A stretch of DNA of 32,000 nucleotides, taken from Acaryochloris marina S15 (GTDB taxonomy: Bacteria > Cyanobacteriota > Cyanobacteriia > Thermosynechococcales > Thermosynechococcaceae). The first letter of the stretch is position 1; every line of letters starts with the position of its first letter. Position numbers and translations under genes: made by a program. Positions 23,770 to 30,833 of this stretch are shown piece after piece. The notes beneath the pieces were generated by a model. The model searched no databases, had not been told where the DNA came from, and saw nothing but the letters and a program-made list of their open reading frames with translations. The DNA lies in NCBI RefSeq assembly GCF_018336915.1, contig NZ_CP064924.1, forward strand, positions 210,001-242,000, read 5' to 3'.

Positions 23770-25995
23770 GTGATTGCTGGATTGAATGACTGGAATACAA
23801 TGTCTTGGTTGTGGTTGCTAGCTGATACCGCAGCTAAAAAAGCAGATGACTCTAAAACCAAGCAAATTCTAGATTTCCTCAACAATATTCCGATGATTGG
23901 ATGGGGGATTGCAGGGTTTGCTGTAATAGCCCTAGCGACAGCAGCGATCGCTAAGTGGACAGGCAACCTAGATAAAATCATCGTCTTTGGTCAAAAGTAC
24001 TTCTCTCGCAAGAAACCAGAGATCACAGAAGCACAACGACTAAAAGCACGGCAAGATCTGATTGAAATCTTGCTCAAGCAGGTTGTAAAACGCTTGGAAG
24101 ACTCCCTACATCACAAGATTCGGATTGATTTGATGGGGGAGGTGCAAAGACAAAGGATTGGAAAGGGTAATTTACAACCTGATCAAGAAAAAGAAACCGA
24201 CAAATCTCCTGATAATTTCATCAACCGCACACTCAATCTTTTTAAGAAAACCACTCCACCCAAACCTGTTAGTGATCACACCTCAACGCTAGAACTCTTT
24301 GAAGAGGAAGATATTCAGGGGCGTTTATTGATTTTAGGTGAACCCGGTTCTGGCAAGACAAATGAGCTGCTAGTACTAGCTAAAGATCTACTTACTCAAG
24401 CAAAGCATTCCCCAGAAAAGCCAATTCCAGTGATTTTTGAACTATCTGAGTGGAATGCAGAACTGGAGTTTGCTGATTGGCTTAGTCAGCAACTGCTTAA
24501 AAAGTACAGCATTCCTTTGGTTATCTCAAAGCACTGGATCGAACACAAGCAGTTGCTTCCTCTTCTGGATGGCTTAGACGAATTGAGAAGAGTGGATAAA
24601 GACGATGAAGTCACATCAGAAGATCTAGATAAACGCCGAATAGCACAACAGATTCAATGTGTACGAAAAATCAATGCTTTTCTAGATAATTTCTCTTTAC
24701 CCCTTATTGTGTGTTGTCGGCGTAAGGAATATGAAGCTCTCGAAGCACAAAATGAATATCTAAAGCGCTTAAATGGAGCGATTTACCTACAAGCACTTGA
24801 AGATAAGCAGATCCAAGAATATCTTCAGAGATTAGACCGAGCCTCATTATGGGATGCACTTCAAAGTCAGCCTGAACTCCTGGAATTAGCTCATTCACCA
24901 TTATTTTTGATTATTTTGGTGGTTGCATATCAGGGGAAAAACATTCATAGCTCAGAAGATTTGCTTGATGAATATATCCATAAGCAAGTTCATGATCTAA
25001 ACAATCAAGGAGCATACCCTCCAGGGAAAGAACCTACACCAGAGGAAACACATTATTACCTGAGTTGGTTAGCGACCAAACTAGATTTTGAGGAAACAAC
25101 AGAATTTCTAATCGAGCAACTGCAACCTTCATGGGTTGATATCCCCAAAGCTCGTAAACAGTATCGCTTGATGGTCGGGCTGAGTTTCGGGCTGAGTGTC
25201 GGGCTGAGTGTCGGGCTGATTGTCGGGCTGAGTGTCGGGCTGATTTTCGGGCTGATTTTCGGGCTGATTTTCGGGCTGATTGGAGGGCTGATTTTCGGGC
25301 TGAGTGGAGGGCTGAGTGGGGAACTGAGTGGTATAAAAACAAAAGAGAAGCTAAGCTTCTCTTGGAGTAGTTCCTTTCGTGGGCTGAGTGTCGGGCTGAT
25401 TTTCGGGCTGATTGGAGGGCTGATTTTCGGGCTGATTGGAGGGCTGATTTTCGGGCTGAGTGGAGGGCTGATTTTCGGGCTGATTTTCGGGCTGAGTGTC
25501 GGGCTGAGTGTCGGGCTGATTGGAGGAATAAAAACTTCTGAAATTGATGTTCGAGATAAAATAAATCCTAATCAAGGAATTAAAGACTCTCTCAAAAATG
25601 GGCTGATTGGAGGGCTGAGTGTCGGGCTAATTTTCGGGCTGAGTGTCGGGCTGATTTTCGGGCTGATTTTCGGGCTGAGTGTCGGGCTGAGTGTCGGGCT
25701 GATTGGAGGGCTGAGTTTCGGGCTGATTGGAGGGCTGATTGGAGGGCTGAGTGTCGGGCTGAGTTTCGGGTTGATTGTCGGGCTGATTGGAGGGCTGATT
25801 GGAGGGCTGAAAACGGTTTTACAACACATTTCCTTGCGTATAGTCCTCTACCAATCAGGAGTAGCCCCCTGGAACTACGCAAGGTTCCTCGAACATGCAG
25901 AAAACCATCGGTTCATTCAGCGAACTGGTGGGCGTTACCGTTTTGTCCATGACCTGCTTCGCAAACGTTTCGCTGCAACTTTGAAAGAGAGTTAG
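23770..25995 (+). CDS. NACHT/STAND P-loop NTPase with an N-terminal TM helix and a C-terminal array of GxxxG tetrapeptide repeats
   Basis: 741 aa with a GTG start. The Walker A motif GEPGSGKT is at 24337-24360 and the Walker B motif is LLPLLDGLDEL. The C-terminal tail FLEHAENHRFIQRTGGRYRFVHDLLRKRFA is typical of cyanobacterial NACHT proteins. The three hydrophobic repeat arrays are listed separately. Confidence 0.8.
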   Translation: MIAGLNDWNTMSWLWLLADTAAKKADDSKTKQILDFLNNIPMIGWGIAGFAVIALATAAIAKWTGNLDKIIVFGQKYFSRKKPEITEAQRLKARQDLIEILLKQVVKRLEDSLHHKIRIDLMGEVQRQRIGKGNLQPDQEKETDKSPDNFINRTLNLFKKTTPPKPVSDHTSTLELFEEEDIQGRLLILGEPGSGKTNELLVLAKDLLTQAKHSPEKPIPVIFELSEWNAELEFADWLSQQLLKKYSIPLVISKHWIEHKQLLPLLDGLDELRRVDKDDEVTSEDLDKRRIAQQIQCVRKINAFLDNFSLPLIVCCRRKEYEALEAQNEYLKRLNGAIYLQALEDKQIQEYLQRLDRASLWDALQSQPELLELAHSPLFLIILVVAYQGKNIHSSEDLLDEYIHKQVHDLNNQGAYPPGKEPTPEETHYYLSWLATKLDFEETTEFLIEQLQPSWVDIPKARKQYRLMVGLSFGLSVGLSVGLIVGLSVGLIFGLIFGLIFGLIGGLIFGLSGGLSGELSGIKTKEKLSFSWSSSFRGLSVGLIFGLIGGLIFGLIGGLIFGLSGGLIFGLIFGLSVGLSVGLIGGIKTSEIDVRDKINPNQGIKDSLKNGLIGGLSVGLIFGLSVGLIFGLIFGLSVGLSVGLIGGLSFGLIGGLIGGLSVGLSFGLIVGLIGGLIGGLKTVLQHISLRIVLYQSGVAPWNYARFLEHAENHRFIQRTGGRYRFVHDLLRKRFAATLKES
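25177..25332 (+). repeat. tandem 12-nt coding repeat, array 1 (13 units: GLSF GLSV GLSV GLIV GLSV GLIF x3 GLIG GLIF GLSG GLSG ELSG)
   Basis: I counted the units gggctga[gt]t[gt][gt][ac] directly. Many neighbouring units are identical, for example gggctgattttc three times at 25237-25272. Confidence 0.95.
25381..25524 (+). repeat. tandem 12-nt coding repeat, array 2 (12 units)
   Basis: GLSV GLIF GLIG GLIF GLIG GLIF GLSG GLIF GLIF GLSV GLSV GLIG. A 16-codon polar spacer (IKTKEKLSFSWSSSFR) separates it from array 1. Confidence 0.95.
25600..25803 (+). repeat. tandem 12-nt coding repeat, array 3 (17 units)
   Basis: GLIG GLSV GLIF GLSV GLIF GLIF GLSV GLSV GLIG GLSF GLIG GLIG GLSV GLSF GLIV GLIG GLIG, followed by GLKT. 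It is preceded by the polar spacer IKTSEIDVRDKINPNQGIKDSLKN. Confidence 0.95.
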
Positions 25996-26008
25996 AATCA
26001 CTATCTAC

Positions 26009-26091
26009 GAAAAACGGCCCCTGGTGGAGCCGCTATCTGACGAATTAAATTGGCAACCTGGAAGCGATTTACTTCAGGAGCAAAATCCAGG
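26009..26091 (+). repeat. direct repeat copy B (pairs with 23534-23616)
   Basis: See copy A. Copy B overlaps the 3' end of the 36-codon micro-ORF and the terminator of the T4SS-like operon. Confidence 0.7.
26010..26032 (-). terminator. intrinsic-terminator-like hairpin ending the minus-strand T4SS-like operon (inside repeat B)
   Basis: aaaaa-cggcccc-tggt-ggagccg. On the minus strand the hairpin is followed by ttttt. On the plus strand, downstream of the NACHT gene, it is followed only by ctatct. Confidence 0.5.
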
Positions 26092-26179
26092 CGATAACCC
26101 CCAAAATCCAACCGATGGGGCCTGCAAGGAATAGGAAGGGCGTTAAGACGATCAGAACGATGACGAGACAACCTTTCAT
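26069..26179 (-). CDS. unannotated 36-aa hydrophobic micro-protein, translationally coupled to the VirB10-like gene
   Basis: This ORF is below the track cut-off. The ATG shares one base with the upstream TAA (TAATG). Its translation is MKGCLVIVLIVLTPFLFLAGPIGWILGVIAWILLLK. It ends just before the terminator hairpin. Confidence 0.4.
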   Translation of the reverse strand: MKGCLVIVLIVLTPFLFLAGPIGWILGVIAWILLLK

Positions 26180-27624
26180 TACACGCCCTCCATGAAATAG
26201 ATTTCAACTTCCTTGTTGAAGTGATAGAGGCCATTCCGAGAACCACTGGAGGAACGGCTAGGGGCTAGACTATTGACGACAGACGAGGCTCTATCTCCCA
26301 CACTGCTGGAGCGGAGCTGGTCAATCCCCACATTCAGGCCCGCCCTGAGTAGTTTGTTACCAAAGCCTTCACCCTGACCTTTGAGCTTGGCTTGCAGATG
26401 TGGAGACTGCTTGTACTGAATGACAGCAACAGGGGTCTTCCTGGACTCTGGTGACTCACCCGTTAGATCCATATGCTCAATGGGCTGTTGGTTGACTTCC
26501 ACGACTTGCATACTCAAAAAGTCACCCTCGGCACTAGTCACTTCAGCAATGACCTTGGAACCTTTCTTCGCCATTGTCCCTAAGTCTTCACTGAGGGTTA
26601 ATAGATACCGCTGACCGATGATCGCGTCACTGTTCTGGGGTATCCAGGTAATGGGATTGTCCAGCTTCGCCTTAGCCGTGGTGCCAGCAGCAATCAATCC
26701 TTTACCCAATGGGTTACTGGTTGCTGGGTATAGGGCCGTGGGTGAATCCGTGACGACTTGGTTATCCTCCAGCAAGTCACCCGTGAGGGAAGCGACCAGA
26801 ACGCCTTGGGGTGGGGCTGGTGGGGTTTGAGCAATGGGTTTCGTGGTTATCGGTTTACGGACGGGGTGAGAGGTGGAAACCTTGATGGGACGAATGGGTT
26901 TAGGTTGGACGGGCTTAGGGGCAAAAGCCGATTGTTTGCTGAGGCTGAAGTTACTAGCAGGCTGGGGGGCAGCTTGAGCAACGGGCTGAGGTTGTGGTCT
27001 AGGTGCTGGAGGTCTAGCCGCAACCACGGGTTGAGTCTTGGGTGCGGGTCTGTCCCTGTAGACGATTCGGGGCTTGGGCTGGGTCCGAGGAACGGCGCTT
27101 TGATAGCGAATCGGTCGGGTCACTCGATGGGTCGGACTGGGAGGTCTCCCTTGAGGCTTGGGAGTCGGGGGAACGGCTGCGGGCTTTGGCCCCGCCTTCT
27201 GAGCAGGAGAAACGGGCTGACCGTCCAAGGACTGCCGCAATGCCGCGAGTTCCACCTTCAGATCCGCATTCTCTTGGGTGAGTACTTCTTCTTGACTCTG
27301 GGCTACCGTAGAACCCGTCTCTTCACTTTGGGGGTTTGACTCAGCCTGTTGAGGGGCGCTCCCATACAGCATCCCCGTGGCGAGTAAGGCAAAGGGTGTC
27401 CCCACGACGGTGAGGAGCAAAAGCTGAAACCACAGCCGCTTATACAGCTTGTTCTTGGGGACGGTGGTCTTTGTCTCTGGCATCGCTAGGTTAGCGAGGG
27501 ATACCGCTGGTGTACGGGTCTCTTTAGGATCATCCTGCTTCGCGTTAGATGTTCCCTCGGATGGGGCGGGTTTGCGCTTGAGCAGTACATCTCTAGCATG
27601 TTTGGCTTTTTGGGTCGTGTTCAT
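26179..27624 (-). CDS. VirB10/TrbI-like bitopic protein (architecture-based call)
   Basis: The architecture is a basic N-terminus, one TM helix (LWFQLLLLTVVGTPFALLATGMLYG), a coiled coil, a Pro-rich region of about 130 aa (PKPAAVPPTPKPQGRPPSP...) and a C-terminal globular domain of about 190 aa. Its ATG overlaps the upstream stop (ATGA). Confidence 0.5.
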   Translation of the reverse strand: MNTTQKAKHARDVLLKRKPAPSEGTSNAKQDDPKETRTPAVSLANLAMPETKTTVPKNKLYKRLWFQLLLLTVVGTPFALLATGMLYGSAPQQAESNPQSEETGSTVAQSQEEVLTQENADLKVELAALRQSLDGQPVSPAQKAGPKPAAVPPTPKPQGRPPSPTHRVTRPIRYQSAVPRTQPKPRIVYRDRPAPKTQPVVAARPPAPRPQPQPVAQAAPQPASNFSLSKQSAFAPKPVQPKPIRPIKVSTSHPVRKPITTKPIAQTPPAPPQGVLVASLTGDLLEDNQVVTDSPTALYPATSNPLGKGLIAAGTTAKAKLDNPITWIPQNSDAIIGQRYLLTLSEDLGTMAKKGSKVIAEVTSAEGDFLSMQVVEVNQQPIEHMDLTGESPESRKTPVAVIQYKQSPHLQAKLKGQGEGFGNKLLRAGLNVGIDQLRSSSVGDRASSVVNSLAPSRSSSGSRNGLYHFNKEVEIYFMEGV

Positions 27625-28337
27625 AAGGTCACCTTTACGTCTCGGATTTCAATAATTTGCAGGCCATATTCCTGGCCCACGCGCATCAACTTGGCAAGCT
27701 GGGTCTGGTCTTGGTCTTCGGTTTTCACAAAATCAACCGCCTGGATCGTCAACTCTTGATTTAACCGCTCGATGAAGTCTCGTTCTTTATCTCGGTTATG
27801 GAGTCGGGTCGCAATCACCGTCACTTTCCACAGTCCCGGTTTGAGTTGTTCGACAACGATGTCCTTTTGCCGATCTAGAATCTGCACTTGAGCTTCCCAA
27901 TTGCCAGAGGTGTAGTTACGGAAGGGAAAGTCCTGGTCATACTTTTTGTGGATCGATTCCATCCACCCCACCCGGTAAGACAGGTCAATGGCGTAGGACA
28001 CGTCATAGAATTGAGCCGGGTACTCAATCTTGCCCTCGGTCTTCCCCTCTCCCTTGCTCCAGGAGAAGGCCGCACTCACCCACTTATGAGCAAAGTCTTG
28101 GATATGGGAGGTTTCCCGATGTCGTTTGTCTACGGACTTCGCTTCCACGGTCTGGTTGTTGGGAAGCTGCACGAACACATTGGAGAGTTCTCGTTGAGCG
28201 GCCTGCTTGCTGCTGAGGCCCACTCGAAAGAGCAGGCCGGTATTGAGTACCGTTAAACCGATGATCAGATAGGGCATCCACTTGCCTTTCTCCACGGCTT
28301 GCAAAGGGTTTTTCGGGATGGTGATTTTGGTGAGCAT
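27621..28337 (-). CDS. VirB8-like bitopic protein (architecture/position-based call)
   Basis: 238 aa with a single N-terminal TM helix (WMPYLIIGLTVLNTGLLF) followed by a soluble domain of about 190 aa. AGGAG lies 8 nt upstream. It sits between the polytopic protein and the VirB10-like gene. Confidence 0.4.
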   Translation of the reverse strand: MLTKITIPKNPLQAVEKGKWMPYLIIGLTVLNTGLLFRVGLSSKQAAQRELSNVFVQLPNNQTVEAKSVDKRHRETSHIQDFAHKWVSAAFSWSKGEGKTEGKIEYPAQFYDVSYAIDLSYRVGWMESIHKKYDQDFPFRNYTSGNWEAQVQILDRQKDIVVEQLKPGLWKVTVIATRLHNRDKERDFIERLNQELTIQAVDFVKTEDQDQTQLAKLMRVGQEYGLQIIEIRDVKVTL

Positions 28338-28348
28338 GGTGGTTTCTC

Positions 28349-29824
28349 CTAACGATTTCGCATCGCTCTGGTCTGCATAACGCTGTTGAGGGTAATCAGT
28401 CCCCCCGTCACAATGCCTGCCCCCGCTGTAGCGGCACTAGTAGCCTTGGAGCGGAAGGCATCTCCTGCTAAACCCACCCCATCGTTCACAGCTTTGTAGG
28501 CGATGTAGGGAGCAAAGATGCCGAAGAATAGGGGGAAGATTAAGGGGGTCGCAGCCACGCCCGCTAACATCACGGCCACAAACCCAATCAGGATGACGTA
28601 GGCGAGGCGCACAAGCAGGACGCGGGCGAAAAACAGCAGCCACTCCACGATGGCATTCTGGCCGTGGGGGATCGTGCCCAAGGCAAAGGCAACGGGGCCA
28701 AGTAAGGCGGCAAGTAGCAGGGACAATTCCTGACCCGCGATGAAGACCCAGGCCATCATCATGGCGATTTCCGTCAAGATTTGCTGCCAGTCTGGAGCAA
28801 TCATCTCCGCTAAGGCTAACCCTGGATTGATGGCGAATAGGGCCGTTTTGTAGGCGGCTGACGCGGCGATATCAAAGCCCTTGACGGCTAGGCCCTCCAT
28901 ATTCCTTTTAATGGCTTCTTGAGCCGTCTCCTGACTCCGCTCCGCTAATTCCAATGCGGTCTTACAGTCAGGACATCCTTCTTTAATGGTCTCTTTTTGC
29001 TCCTGAATAAAGACATCTAAAGACTGGAGGCACTGAAGCTGATTCATGGAGGCTTGTTTGTAGACCGTCGCGATTTCTTCTCCCGTCAGCTCTCGCCCCG
29101 CTTGCCGACGGGTTTCTAGTCTGCGGCCCAATTTCTTGAGGCCAATCAAGGTTTTCTCTTCTTCTGTCAGATTGACCCCAGGGAGATGGAGCTGGGCACA
29201 TTTCTTCGCTTCTTGGGAAATGACCGTCCGGGTCACTTGGGAGAACAGGGCATCATTAATGGCTAGACGGACATTAAAACCTGCGACTTGGGCCTTAGCG
29301 ACCACAGCAGGGGCCGCATTGACGATCTGCCGCATCCCATGAGCGGTATAGTAGATGGCTTGTCCTGAGTTGGCGAGGAAGAAGGACACTAAGACCACGG
29401 GGATGATGAACTTCACCCAGTCGCTGATATCACTCCCTCTTTCAAAGATCTTGCGACCAATCTTCCAGCTCCAGGTGATAAATCCCGCCAGTAGTACATA
29501 CCGGACGACATCCATAACGGCCCGGTTGTTGATGGTATTCCCCGCATTGTCAGGATCAAAGGTGCCATCCCACAGGTCATCCCACCAGGCAGCGGTTTTG
29601 GTGATGTTGTCCGTGATCCGCTGGAGGTAATCGAGGCCATTGTAATTGAGGGATTCCTTGCCCCATGCCGGGTGGGCAGTCAACAGCACCCAGCCTAGAG
29701 ACAACAGAAAAGCCAGTAGCAGAACCTTATTTTGATTCCGGTTCACCCAGTCCAGGGATCTGCGGGGTAAAGAAGGAGTATTTGGTACTCGCGACCTGGA
29801 TATCCTGCTTAAGGTCTTCTCCAT
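28349..29824 (-). CDS. VirB6/TrbL-like polytopic membrane protein (architecture-based call)
   Basis: 491 aa with about 7 hydrophobic helices and a large central soluble loop. The C-terminal TM cluster is MMMAWVFIAG...LLAALLGPVAFALG...VILIGFVAVMLAGV...IFPLFFGIFAPYIAY. The start may instead be the GTG at 29746. Confidence 0.5.
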   Translation of the reverse strand: MEKTLSRISRSRVPNTPSLPRRSLDWVNRNQNKVLLLAFLLSLGWVLLTAHPAWGKESLNYNGLDYLQRITDNITKTAAWWDDLWDGTFDPDNAGNTINNRAVMDVVRYVLLAGFITWSWKIGRKIFERGSDISDWVKFIIPVVLVSFFLANSGQAIYYTAHGMRQIVNAAPAVVAKAQVAGFNVRLAINDALFSQVTRTVISQEAKKCAQLHLPGVNLTEEEKTLIGLKKLGRRLETRRQAGRELTGEEIATVYKQASMNQLQCLQSLDVFIQEQKETIKEGCPDCKTALELAERSQETAQEAIKRNMEGLAVKGFDIAASAAYKTALFAINPGLALAEMIAPDWQQILTEIAMMMAWVFIAGQELSLLLAALLGPVAFALGTIPHGQNAIVEWLLFFARVLLVRLAYVILIGFVAVMLAGVAATPLIFPLFFGIFAPYIAYKAVNDGVGLAGDAFRSKATSAATAGAGIVTGGLITLNSVMQTRAMRNR

Positions 29825-30833
29825 TCTTCAATGCCTCTAACATGAAATTGGTCTGGGTACGCTGCTGGTTCCCCGATGCCTGAAGGAGTTCTAGCTTGCT
29901 CAATTTGCGGGTCTGCACGAGGTTCTGGCTGGCGATGGCCCCTAAGCTCCGGTTCTGATGGGCCGATGCTGCCGTCAGCCCGGTGAGCTGCTGGGAGGTC
30001 TGGGCACCAATGCTGGAGCTAAAGGCTTGCTGGAGAGAGAGGCGTTTCAAAATGCTTTGGGAGCTTTTATCTCCTTGGGCTTCGGCACCGAGCACTTGGA
30101 TTTCTTCAGCAGCGGAGACATTGGCACTCGCTTGTTCTTCACTCACCCCCACGATTTCCGTGATGCTATCTTGAGCGGCAATGGCCTCTTCTTGGGCGAG
30201 GGCAGCGGTGGCTTCCTCTGCTTGAATCAGTTCTTGGCCCTCGTCACTGAGGACTATCTGGGTCAGCTTCTCATGGAACTCTTCACCGATGGCCCGGACA
30301 TTACGGGCGATGGCATAGACTTCACGAGGGCTATTCGGCTCGATGTCCAACCGAGACGGATTATCTTCATAGGATGGCCCTTTATAGATGGGGCGTCCAT
30401 CCGTGGAGCTGCCCCCTTGAGCCGTGGTTTGGGGGGGATCGATGATGCCATATAGCACCAAGATATCGGTGACGCCTTTGAGGGCGGGCTGAAGTCGTTT
30501 ACCCGTGACGGCCCGGTAGACATTGCGGCCAATCTTGGCGGCTTTGAGGGCTTTAGACCCATGCTCAATCACTTTGAACAGGGATTTTTGGGCTTTCTTG
30601 CTCAAGATTCGGTCGAGCAGTCCTTTCGGTTGACCGTTGCCCTTATCCGAGCTGGAATAGATATCCCCGACGTTGTAAGGACTGTCACCGGGTTGACTCG
30701 CGGTGTTGCTAATCACACTGCTGTAGTCATAATCTGGCTGGGTAAAGCTCTGGGCATGAATCGGGGGGTTAACGGATACCCACAGAATCACGATCAGCAG
30801 GGGCTTCTTCAGACGCTGGGGGAAGGGGTACAT
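29727..30833 (-). CDS. secreted coiled-coil protein in the VirB5/TrbJ position
   Basis: I prefer the ATG at 30833 (MYPFPQRLKKPLLIVILWVSVNPPIHAQ), which gives a signal peptide. The C-terminal half is Q/A/E-rich and helical. The ORF-track start at 30926 would add 31 non-signal residues. Confidence 0.4.
   Translation of the reverse strand: MYPFPQRLKKPLLIVILWVSVNPPIHAQSFTQPDYDYSSVISNTASQPGDSPYNVGDIYSSSDKGNGQPKGLLDRILSKKAQKSLFKVIEHGSKALKAAKIGRNVYRAVTGKRLQPALKGVTDILVLYGIIDPPQTTAQGGSSTDGRPIYKGPSYEDNPSRLDIEPNSPREVYAIARNVRAIGEEFHEKLTQIVLSDEGQELIQAEEATAALAQEEAIAAQDSITEIVGVSEEQASANVSAAEEIQVLGAEAQGDKSSQSILKRLSLQQAFSSSIGAQTSQQLTGLTAASAHQNRSLGAIASQNLVQTRKLSKLELLQASGNQQRTQTNFMLEALKNGEDLKQDIQVASTKYSFFTPQIPGLGEPESK

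Noticed and set aside
25177-25803. The short regular repeats could be a CRISPR array.
   Set aside because: The units are 12 nt long and directly abutting, with no unique spacers. They are in frame within a long CDS, and no cas genes or leader are present.
25034-25882. Four minus-strand ORFs (25034..25342, 25351..25575, 25572..25829, 25592..25882) encode SARKSARHSA- and ISPTLSP-type repeats.
   Set aside because: They are mirror images of the 12-nt repeat arrays, which lack stops in every frame. Only the plus frame is continuous with the NACHT domain and the conserved C-terminal tail.
26001-26246. An 81-aa minus-strand ORF spans repeat B and the 3' end of the VirB10-like gene.
   Set aside because: It is out of frame with both the VirB10-like C-terminus and the better-supported, translationally coupled 36-codon ORF, and its sequence is Arg/Ser-rich and low-complexity.
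26758-27339. A 193-aa plus-strand ORF (and 27042..27281) lies antisense to the Pro-rich region of the VirB10-like gene.
   Set aside because: A Gly/Arg/Trp-rich translation is what you expect from reading CCN-rich proline codons on the opposite strand.
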